Assembly: GCA_038153405.1 (NCBI GenBank)
Contig: JAYOYH010000012.1
Coordinates: 11,021 to 75,020 of the forward strand
Direction of reading: 5' to 3'
DNA from: Gemmatimonadota bacterium
GTDB lineage: Bacteria; Latescibacterota; UBA2968; UBA8231
Length of the DNA stretch: 64,000 bases
The notes under the pieces are model-generated. The model was given only the letters and a program-made list of their open reading frames with translations. It was not told the DNA's origin and ran no database searches. A program made the position numbers and the translations under genes. Position 1 is the stretch's first letter, and every line of letters begins with the position of its first letter. Positions 17,441 to 25,761 of the stretch are shown here, piece after piece.

Positions 17441-20076
17441 TAGCGCTCTACTCCGGCGTAGACGGTGAGAAATCCGCGCGTGCGCGTGCGCGTGCCCTCA
17501 ACTTCAAAATGGCGCCGCGTCATATCAAAGCCCAACACCGTCGTCAGTCGATAGCCCTGATAGTCGGATATATTGGTCAGCTGCGCGACGATCGTCGTCT
17601 CGTAAAAGGAATCCTCATAGCCCGGTGGCGTCGGGTTGCGCAGTTGGCTAAAGCGATGGTGTTCGACGCCGCCCTCGACGTAGGAACTAAGAAAAACCGG
17701 CAAGCGCGACATGAGGATAAAGATTTCGCTGAGTTCGCGACGGTGCGGCGCACGGCGATCGATGGGCGACTCGCGGCGAAACTCGCTCTTCCAGGCGGGA
17801 ATCAGCGTCAGGCGGCCTAGCTGCACGCGGTATTCTGCCTTGTTGATCAGACCGAGGAAATAGCCCTCGTCGCGCTGGTTGCGCAGCTCCAATTGGATGC
17901 CGTCATCGCGCTGGTGATACCACTGCCACTTAAAGACATTCTTCAGTTTTAACGCCGAAAAGCGCGTTAGATCGAGTCCGAGCCAGGTCGTGTTGATGAC
18001 GGTATTGCGCGCCGGCAGGGCATCGCGCTGAGGCAGCAACTCGCCGCGCGAGTTGGGCAACTGCACCCACTGCAGTAAGTCGTCTTCTATGTCGTCTTCT
18101 ACCTGGCGTAGATCTTGAAAAAAGCGCACGCGCGCCCAGCGGAACGGGTGGTCGGCCGTCACGATGGCGTAGTCGGCCCGGCTCTGTCCATCGTCGGCTA
18201 TTTCGCGTAGGCGTTGACGACCCAGCGTCAGGCGCACATCGGGCAGCAGAAATACACCGCCGTACACATTGTACCCGCGGCGATCGCGGCGGTAGGGATA
18301 ATCGGCTTCCTCGTCGTTTTCAAAGCGATCAACCGTGCCGTTGTGGTTCATATCGATGCCGTATTGATACTCTGGACGATCGGTGTGAAAGCGCAGAAAG
18401 GGCTCGTCGTAGTCGGGCACTCGGTTGGGGCTAGCCGGGCTGTCGTTCTGATTGAAGTCGGATATGAAGTCGTTGTTCTCGTCCCATCCAGGAAAGACTT
18501 CGACGTCGCCGGAAGTAAAGCCGCTGCGCTCCCAGTCGGGAAAGCGATCCTGGTCGTCGTTATCGTCGACAAACTCGAAGTAGCGAAAGTTGGAGCCGTA
18601 GTCTACGACGCCGTTCTGATCGACCACGTGCAGTCCGGTGCGATAGTTGGGCCCGGTGCGAAACGCCTCGAGAAAGCCGAAGTAGGGATAGCTTTGCTTG
18701 GACGCATTGAACATCCAGGCCAGCGCTTCGTCGCCGCCGACGTGGTGCTTTTGCAGTGCTGGATTGGGATATTGCCGATACTGGTTGTTGACGTTGATCT
18801 CAAAATAGGCGTCCAGCCCTTCGAGATCGGTCATCTCCACCGTGAAGCCGGCAAGTTGGTTGGCCGTCGGCAGGCCGTAGTCGATGGCCAGCACGCGCTG
18901 GTTGGACGAATCCTTGACGTTGCCCGCCGCGCGAGCGACGGGTATGAAGACGACGTTGCCCTGAACGTTGTTCTGGCGATCGGAAGCCATCTCGACTCGG
19001 TAGTCATTGGCCAGCACCAATTCGATCTGCACGCGTTTGATCTCACCCGGATCGGGGCCGGTATAGGAGCGATCCTGCAGGTCGTAGCGCAGCGCGATGG
19101 TCTCACTACCGTCGGCCGACAGGTAGCCGCGGCGCTGAAAGCCACCTTCGACAAGCGGGCGAAAGCCTATTTCCGATCCGCGCGTCTGCCGACCCTGCGT
19201 ATCCCATATGACGATATCGTGCGCAAAGAGCGCGCCGCCGGCTTCGCCGTCTTCCGGCGAGTCGTCGCCGATCAGCACTTCAATCAGCGTCACGTGGGCC
19301 AGGTTTTGCTCACCCGTCAGATTGCCCTTGAGAATATTGCCGTTAAATACCTCGGTCTGCGTTTGCGCGTGGTGCGCGTTGACAAAGGTGCCGCCTACTT
19401 TGACAAAATCGCCGACCTGCATCTCGACCCGTCCGCCGAGCAGGCTGGTGTTATTCGATGTTTCGGAGCCGCCGGTATTGCTGATGCGCGACAGCAGCAG
19501 CGTCGCGGCGTACTTGTCGGACTGGAAGTCCCACTGGATGCCGTCAAAGCGCGGCTTGGAAAACGTCATCGGCGTCAGCGTTGTGCGCAGTTCGTTGCCA
19601 ATGGTGATGGCGTAGTGGAACTGTCCCTTGTGATCGGAGGCGATCAGCAGATTGGAAAACCAGCCGCCAAAGCGCCCATCCTTGGTCAGCAGCGAGCCAA
19701 AGGGCTGTGGGTTTTGCTGGCGCCAGTCGAATACCAGCCAACCGCGCGTCAGCAAATTGCCATACGCGTCGTAGATGTAGTTGCCTTCTAGCGTCGTCGA
19801 CACGTAGCGCTGGTAATTCTCGCGCGCGTAGTTGGAGTATTCCCACTGCCGCCAGTTGAACTCGTTGTAGAGCTCCTGCGGCACGTACCACTTGCGCACA
19901 CTCGGATCCAGCGCGTCGAACAGCACGCCCGACCCCGTCGGCTCCCACGACACCTTGCCGCCGCGCTTTACGTTGCCCAAACGCGCACCGTAGTCCTGCG
20001 CCCACAGCGGCGCGAACGCCACCAATAAGATGAACGCTGCGGCCAGCGCTCCTGACGTGTATGGTCTCTTTTGCAA
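17440..20076 (-). CDS. Large exported, probable outer-membrane protein with acidic Ca-binding-like motifs (paralog 2)
   Basis: Signal peptide (LWA-QDYG), amphipathic beta segments, DDNDDQD / DENND / DMNHNG motifs; start set at TTG 20076 to avoid overlap with the upstream gene. Confidence 0.7.
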   Translation of the reverse strand: MQKRPYTSGALAAAFILLVAFAPLWAQDYGARLGNVKRGGKVSWEPTGSGVLFDALDPSVRKWYVPQELYNEFNWRQWEYSNYARENYQRYVSTTLEGNYIYDAYGNLLTRGWLVFDWRQQNPQPFGSLLTKDGRFGGWFSNLLIASDHKGQFHYAITIGNELRTTLTPMTFSKPRFDGIQWDFQSDKYAATLLLSRISNTGGSETSNNTSLLGGRVEMQVGDFVKVGGTFVNAHHAQTQTEVFNGNILKGNLTGEQNLAHVTLIEVLIGDDSPEDGEAGGALFAHDIVIWDTQGRQTRGSEIGFRPLVEGGFQRRGYLSADGSETIALRYDLQDRSYTGPDPGEIKRVQIELVLANDYRVEMASDRQNNVQGNVVFIPVARAAGNVKDSSNQRVLAIDYGLPTANQLAGFTVEMTDLEGLDAYFEINVNNQYRQYPNPALQKHHVGGDEALAWMFNASKQSYPYFGFLEAFRTGPNYRTGLHVVDQNGVVDYGSNFRYFEFVDDNDDQDRFPDWERSGFTSGDVEVFPGWDENNDFISDFNQNDSPASPNRVPDYDEPFLRFHTDRPEYQYGIDMNHNGTVDRFENDEEADYPYRRDRRGYNVYGGVFLLPDVRLTLGRQRLREIADDGQSRADYAIVTADHPFRWARVRFFQDLRQVEDDIEDDLLQWVQLPNSRGELLPQRDALPARNTVINTTWLGLDLTRFSALKLKNVFKWQWYHQRDDGIQLELRNQRDEGYFLGLINKAEYRVQLGRLTLIPAWKSEFRRESPIDRRAPHRRELSEIFILMSRLPVFLSSYVEGGVEHHRFSQLRNPTPPGYEDSFYETTIVAQLTNISDYQGYRLTTVLGFDMTRRHFEVEGTRTRTRGFLTVYAGVER

Positions 20077-20083
20077 AATCGGC

Positions 20084-21082
20084 CTAGTGCAGCGCCACGC
20101 GCTGCCCCGTGCGCGACGACTCCAGTGCCGCCGCGATAATGCGCAGCGTGCCCGCCGCGCTGCCGGCTTCGGCCAGCAGGGGCGCACCGCTGAGCGCGCA
20201 ATCGTTAAAGTGTTCGATAGCCGGCGTGAAGGGACGCGTTCCCGTTGCAAAAGAAAACTCCTCCTCCTCTTCCCCCTTATATACTGTGAAGTGGCTTTCT
20301 TCTGCCGGATGGCAGGGCACGGGCACGGCGATGTGACCTTGGGTGCCAAATAGGTGTGCGCCCTGCCCAACGGGTGCGTCAAAGCCGGAGACTAACGCGG
20401 CCTGCCGACCAGCGCCAAAATCCAGCACCGTGCTAGTGCGCGTGTCGACGCCGTAATCTGCATCGATGCAGCACTGTGCCTGTACGGCAATGGGTTCGCA
20501 GCCGAAGACGTAGCGCGCGAAGGTGATTGGATAGCAGCCGACGTCCATGAGACTGCCGCCGGCCAGCGCCTTGTTCATGCGAATATTGTCCGTCGGTCGC
20601 TCCAGCGAAAAGCTAAAATGCGCCTGCACCTGCACGATCTGGCCGATAATGCCTTCGTCGAGCAGGGCGCGCAGTTTGAGAGTCTGTGGGTGGCAGCGAA
20701 AGACAAAGGCCTCGAAGAGCAGCACGCCGCTGTCCCGACAGGCCTGCACCATCTGTTCAACTTCGTCTGCGTTGGCCGCCAGCGGCTTTTCGCAGAACAC
20801 GTGCTTGCCGCGCCGTGCCGCCGCGATGGTCCACTCGGCGTGCATGGAATTGGGCAGCGGATTGTAGACGGCATCGATCGCATCGCTGTCCAACATGGCC
20901 TCGTAGCTATCAAAGACCTGCGGTATCCCGTGTTTTTCGGCAAAGGCCTGCCCCTTGCTGCGATCGCGGCTGCTCACGGCAACCAATTCGCCGCCCTTAG
21001 CCATCCTGAATGCGGGTATAAATCCCCAGTCGGAAATACCCGCCGTGCTGATAATGCCCCATCGCAGTGTGTTATTGGTCAT
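20084..21082 (-). CDS. Gfo/Idh/MocA family NAD(P)-dependent oxidoreductase
   Basis: WGIISTAGI, YNPLPNSMH, GKHVFCEKP, GGSLMDVGCY. Confidence 0.93.
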   Translation of the reverse strand: MTNNTLRWGIISTAGISDWGFIPAFRMAKGGELVAVSSRDRSKGQAFAEKHGIPQVFDSYEAMLDSDAIDAVYNPLPNSMHAEWTIAAARRGKHVFCEKPLAANADEVEQMVQACRDSGVLLFEAFVFRCHPQTLKLRALLDEGIIGQIVQVQAHFSFSLERPTDNIRMNKALAGGSLMDVGCYPITFARYVFGCEPIAVQAQCCIDADYGVDTRTSTVLDFGAGRQAALVSGFDAPVGQGAHLFGTQGHIAVPVPCHPAEESHFTVYKGEEEEEFSFATGTRPFTPAIEHFNDCALSGAPLLAEAGSAAGTLRIIAAALESSRTGQRVALH

Positions 21083-21121
21083 GGCAATCTCCTCTCCGTT
21101 TCTATCTAATTGTTCGCCGCA

Positions 21122-23020
21122 TCAGTAGGCAATGGCCAGCGTGCCCATGTGCCGCTCTTCAAAGGCGTTGGCACGCACCCGCAGCACCCAGACGTAGGTA
21201 CCCGGCAGCAGGCGCATGCCGTCCAACGTGCCGTCCCAGGCCAGCTGCACTGGACCAATGCCGCGCTCTTCGTCGAGCAGCGCACCGAGTCGGCGTCCAG
21301 CCAAGTCGTAAATTTCTAATTGCACGGGGGCTGGACGCGTGAGTTGCAGCACGTTGAAAAAGACGTCCCAAGCGTCGTTGACCCCATCGCCATTGGGCGT
21401 AAAAGTGCGCGTATCTATGGCGATATCGCCGACTAATTTGCCGATCTGCGGCTTGGGAATAGCCACCGACAGGCCCGATAATTCGGCGATATCAGCCGGC
21501 TCGAACTGCACCGCGTCACCCGGCGTAAAGGCCTGCGGCACCTCGGGCGCGCGGCTGGTGTAGGCGCGACCGGAAAAGGTCGTGCCAAAGCGAAAAATTG
21601 GCAGATCAAAGGTCAGTTCGAGCAGTGCACCCTCGTCGCGCACCTGGGCAAAACTGATGCCGAAGCCATCGCTCTCGATAAAGTCGACGTTATATTCATA
21701 GGGCTCGCCGTTGAGCTTGACCTCGCGCACGGCCGATGCGGCAACGCCCGTATCGACTTCTATGCGGTCGAAGCCGCGCACGGCACCGCCAACCTGAAAC
21801 AGGCGCACAGCGTAGCGAAACGTAGCCGCTTTTTCCGCTTCGGCTAGGCGCGGAAAAACTTCGGCCACTAGGCGCCCGGCAATCGGCGGCTGGATATAGG
21901 CAAAGGACATCTCGTCGACGCGACGCGCGGCAAAGAGGTCGCCGTTAAACTCGAACTGAAACTGCACGTAGCGACGCGGATTGGGCGCGGCGATTAAATC
22001 GCCGTTGCTGGCGGCAAACCACGGGCTCCAGCGGTCCGTATCCTCGACAATACCGCCGCGCGACGTGGGCACGAGTTCGGCGTATTCCTGGCGCGTCACC
22101 TCGACATAGGTTCCCTCGCCCGGCAAGACGCCTGGAATAAACTCGCGAAAGACCAGCGGCGTGTCGTCTAAGCCGGTGCGCACGCGCACAGATAGCGACG
22201 AAAACTCGGGCGTGCCCAGCGCATCCTCAACCCAGTCCACCGCGCCGATCGCCGCGCGGTCACCCATATCGATGATGTCGGTATAGTAGGCGCCGCGGCG
22301 CAAAAAACCCGTGCCGTAGACTTCGACTTCGTCAATTTCAAAGGGCTGGTCGACCAGCGACTTTATTTTGACGTAGCGCGCATACTGCGACGGCACTTCG
22401 ATATCGACGATCGGCTCTTCGTTCTCCGCATCGCGCGCCACCAAGACGTCGGGCGTGGTAAAGCTGTCGAGCGCCTCGTTGATCCACACTTCGTAGCCGC
22501 GCAGAAAGTCGTTGTGAAAAGGAGCCGACGGCGTCTCAACCACCGTGTTGCGCGGATAGAAGCGCACGCGCGATACGCCGACGGGCGAGCCAAAGTCGAG
22601 AATCAGCCAGATGCCGCGCGTCGTCACGCGCGGCTCAAAGAGCGTTGGCTTGCGCTCGAAGGCGAGTTCGTGATCGCCGTTTACCACACCCTCGAGCTGG
22701 GACGGCGGAATGCGGCCCGACGTCGGCGCGGTGACCTTGCCGCTGACCAATACGCGCGCGGCAATATTCTCGCTTTCGTCAAAGCGCAGCGGCGCGATCC
22801 AACCCGGACTATAGTCGTAGTCGATGCTGCCATCGGGCGAGTTGGTCCGTTCGACCTCTCCGCTAAACGAATTGAGTACAAAGACCGGATCGGTGCCCAG
22901 ACCACCGCCGCGCCAAGGGCGGACCGGCCCCCCGAGGACAAAGGTCTGGGCCGGCTGTGCTACCGCACCGACGGTGCACCCTAGCAGCGCCAACCACGCT
23001 ATCAGCTGCATGCGTCTCAT
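21122..23020 (-). CDS. Secreted protein with discoidin-like domain and C-terminal FlgD-Ig/CHU_C-like domain (paralog B)
   Basis: Signal peptide from MRRMQL (23020), LDFG..VGV.RVRFYP, EIDEVEVY, RTG..WSPW..PNPRRYVQF, FTPNGDGVND, IYDLAGR, WDG. Confidence 0.75.
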   Translation of the reverse strand: MRRMQLIAWLALLGCTVGAVAQPAQTFVLGGPVRPWRGGGLGTDPVFVLNSFSGEVERTNSPDGSIDYDYSPGWIAPLRFDESENIAARVLVSGKVTAPTSGRIPPSQLEGVVNGDHELAFERKPTLFEPRVTTRGIWLILDFGSPVGVSRVRFYPRNTVVETPSAPFHNDFLRGYEVWINEALDSFTTPDVLVARDAENEEPIVDIEVPSQYARYVKIKSLVDQPFEIDEVEVYGTGFLRRGAYYTDIIDMGDRAAIGAVDWVEDALGTPEFSSLSVRVRTGLDDTPLVFREFIPGVLPGEGTYVEVTRQEYAELVPTSRGGIVEDTDRWSPWFAASNGDLIAAPNPRRYVQFQFEFNGDLFAARRVDEMSFAYIQPPIAGRLVAEVFPRLAEAEKAATFRYAVRLFQVGGAVRGFDRIEVDTGVAASAVREVKLNGEPYEYNVDFIESDGFGISFAQVRDEGALLELTFDLPIFRFGTTFSGRAYTSRAPEVPQAFTPGDAVQFEPADIAELSGLSVAIPKPQIGKLVGDIAIDTRTFTPNGDGVNDAWDVFFNVLQLTRPAPVQLEIYDLAGRRLGALLDEERGIGPVQLAWDGTLDGMRLLPGTYVWVLRVRANAFEERHMGTLAIAY

Positions 23021-25761
23021 TGATTTAACCCCGCCGTCACCGTCATAAAGACCGTGCTGGCATCCTGGCGCTGGGCCCCTTTGAGACTGCGCCGCTGAAG
23101 CTGTGCCCCAGTGCGCGTAACAATCTGGTAGCCCTGATAGGCCGTTTGGTTGCGCAGCTGCACTACACCGGTCCACGACGTGGCGTCGCGTTCAGCGCCT
23201 GGGCGCATGCCTTCGAGCAGCCACAGGCGGCCTGCTTCAATGCCTATCTGCAGTTCGGTGCTAAAGAGCTGACGGCCGTATTTGGGGAAGTAGCTGACGC
23301 CGATACTCTCGGCCAACAGCGGCTGGGTCCACATGAGAATGGCCAGCTGTTCGACGCTTTCCGAAGCCGGCAGGCGGCGGCTAAAGGGCCGTTCGCGCCG
23401 GTACTCGCTCTTCCAGCGCGGCTCCAGAACGCCCAAGCCGATGGGTATGCTCCACTCCGCCTTGTTGATCACGCCGACGAAAAAGCTGGTCTTGCGCCCT
23501 TCGCGCTGGCGCGTCGCTTCGGCCGTTTCGCGCTGTTGAGACCAGTCCCACTTTACGCGGTGAAAGAGCCGCACGCCGCGACCTAGACGCTGGTCCACGT
23601 CGGCGTAGAGCGCATTTTTCCACGCGTCTAGGCCGGGCAGAACATCGCGCACGTCGATCATGCGCCCGGGCGCATCGAGCGGCTGCACCCACTGGCGCAG
23701 GTCGTCTGCTATATCGTCCTCGACGCGCGCCCCGTGCGCGGCCAAGCGCAGGCGTCCTCCGCGACCCAGCGCGTGTGCCAGCGTCGCCATGTAATAGTGC
23801 GAGCGCGTGCGACCATCGCCGGATAGGAGGCGCATATCCTGACGACCCCATACCCATTTTAGCCCGGGTATGATATCTACCTGCACAAAGGCATTATAAC
23901 CGCTGTGGTCCTTTTTGTAGGGGTAGTCCGGCAAAATGTCGTTCTCAAAACGATCTATCGTGCCGTTGTGGTTCATGTCGAGGCCAAAGAGAAATTCCGG
24001 CCGGTCGGAGCGATAGCGCAGAAAGGGCTCTTCGTAGTCGGGCAGTAAATTGCCGTTTTGGTTGTAATCGTTGAGGAAGTCGCCGTTTTCATCCAGGCCC
24101 GGCCAGGCAATCTCGCGCCGATCGGATTGGATCGTGCCGGCGCGCTGCGCCGCGTCGCTGCCCCAGTTGACAAAGAACGGACGCTGCCATTCGGTTAGCC
24201 CGTTGAGATCGTCGTCGTCATCGACGAACTCGTAGAGCTGCGGTATCGGATTCTTATAGCGGATGCGCCCGCTCTGGTCGCTGATCCAATAATTGGTGCT
24301 GTAGTCGTCTTCAATGGAGAATAGTTCGGCAAAGAGCGTCCACGCGCCGCGCCGATACTGCGCGTCGAGATAGGAGGCCGACGAGAGGTCGGCGCGCTCA
24401 TAATGATCGGAAATAGCCGGATTGGGATAGCGGAAAAAACGGCGATTAAGCACGAACTCACCCTGCAGCGACAGGCCGCCCCAGTCCACGAGGTTCCAGT
24501 CGACGCCGATGAGTTCGCTGGCCGTCGGCAGCCCGTAGTCGAGGTGCACGACGCGGGTATTGCTGTTGTCCTGCACGTTTCCGCCCGAGCGCTCAACGGG
24601 CAGGAAAACAATTTCGGCATTGCGCGTCTGACCGTCGGTCTGCAGGTCCGATGCCATTTCAATGCGGTAGTCATTGGCCACCGAGAGCTCGACGGTCACT
24701 CGGCGCAAATCGTCCGACTGGATGTCGTCAAAGTCCAAGCTGCCCAGGTCGTATTCGAGTAGGATACCCTCCTCGTCGCGCGCAAATAGGCGCCCACCCT
24801 GCACGATGCCACCCTCGACGGTCGGCAAGAAGCCGATGTCGCGCCCGCGCAGTTGGCGTCCGCTGGTGTCGACGAGCACGATATCAAAACCGGCCAGCGC
24901 CGCGCCAACGGCGCCGCGCCCCGGCGAGTCGTCGCGCACGCGCACCCACAGCTTATCGAGCGGCTGATTCTGGCGCGCAGTGAGAATGCCGTGCAGCGGA
25001 TTGCCCTCGTCAAATTGGACCTGTGTCAGCACGTTGTGCGCATTGACATAGGTCAGTCCCAGCGTCGTCTGGGCACCGAACTGCGCTTCGACGTGGCCGC
25101 CCATGACCGTCGTCGAGTTGGTCTGCGCCTCTTCGTCGGGATTGCTCGGCCGCGAGAGCAGCACTGTGCTGCTGTAGCGCTCGGCCGCATAGTCGAGCCG
25201 CACGCCGTTAAAGCGCGGCTTGTAAAAAGTTAGCGGCGTAAAACGAGTAAAGATCTCATCGCCAATCATCAAGCGATAGGCGCCGGCGCCGCGCTGGTCC
25301 GATGCAATGACTAAGCGGCTAAAAAAATCGCGATAGGCCGGTCGCTGATCGCCCATCAGGCGCAGGCTCGACAAGCCTCCCAGATTCTTGTCCACCACGC
25401 TGCCGCGCGGTCCGGGCTGCTCCTGCGTCCAGCTGTAGACGAGCCAACCGCGTCCCAGCGGATTGCCAAAGGTATCGTAGGATTCTTCTCCTTCGAGCAG
25501 GCGGCTGAGATAGCGCGCATAGCCATCGCGCGCATAGTTGCTCTGCTGTGCATACCAAGGACTCATATAGGTCTCGGGCAAGTAGCGCGGCTCGTACCAC
25601 TTGTGCAGGGCCGGCGAGACATAGTCCAACTCAAACGCCTCACCGTAGGGATTGATCGTGGCCGTGCCCCAGCGCCGCGGATCGACTTCGCGCCCCTGGC
25701 CCCAGGCTGTCGCGCAGAGGACGAGCAGCCACAGCACGCTATGCAAGCACACGCCGTTCAA
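23017..25761 (-). CDS. Large exported, probable outer-membrane protein (paralog 1)
   Basis: Signal peptide (AWG-Q); collinear with 17440-20076 (RGWLV, IASD, TP.TF.KPRF, DYGLPTA, EFVDD, DMNHNGT.DRFEND, INKAE, WKSE, YQGY). Confidence 0.72.
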   Translation of the reverse strand: MNGVCLHSVLWLLVLCATAWGQGREVDPRRWGTATINPYGEAFELDYVSPALHKWYEPRYLPETYMSPWYAQQSNYARDGYARYLSRLLEGEESYDTFGNPLGRGWLVYSWTQEQPGPRGSVVDKNLGGLSSLRLMGDQRPAYRDFFSRLVIASDQRGAGAYRLMIGDEIFTRFTPLTFYKPRFNGVRLDYAAERYSSTVLLSRPSNPDEEAQTNSTTVMGGHVEAQFGAQTTLGLTYVNAHNVLTQVQFDEGNPLHGILTARQNQPLDKLWVRVRDDSPGRGAVGAALAGFDIVLVDTSGRQLRGRDIGFLPTVEGGIVQGGRLFARDEEGILLEYDLGSLDFDDIQSDDLRRVTVELSVANDYRIEMASDLQTDGQTRNAEIVFLPVERSGGNVQDNSNTRVVHLDYGLPTASELIGVDWNLVDWGGLSLQGEFVLNRRFFRYPNPAISDHYERADLSSASYLDAQYRRGAWTLFAELFSIEDDYSTNYWISDQSGRIRYKNPIPQLYEFVDDDDDLNGLTEWQRPFFVNWGSDAAQRAGTIQSDRREIAWPGLDENGDFLNDYNQNGNLLPDYEEPFLRYRSDRPEFLFGLDMNHNGTIDRFENDILPDYPYKKDHSGYNAFVQVDIIPGLKWVWGRQDMRLLSGDGRTRSHYYMATLAHALGRGGRLRLAAHGARVEDDIADDLRQWVQPLDAPGRMIDVRDVLPGLDAWKNALYADVDQRLGRGVRLFHRVKWDWSQQRETAEATRQREGRKTSFFVGVINKAEWSIPIGLGVLEPRWKSEYRRERPFSRRLPASESVEQLAILMWTQPLLAESIGVSYFPKYGRQLFSTELQIGIEAGRLWLLEGMRPGAERDATSWTGVVQLRNQTAYQGYQIVTRTGAQLQRRSLKGAQRQDASTVFMTVTAGLNQ

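Noticed and set aside
18214-19791. 525-aa plus-strand ORF
   Set aside because: Antisense shadow of the OMP-like gene, whose paralog supports the minus frame; no recognisable motifs
20077-20382. N-terminal extension of the 980-aa ORF
   Set aside because: Overlaps the oxidoreductase gene; the signal peptide only begins near 20076
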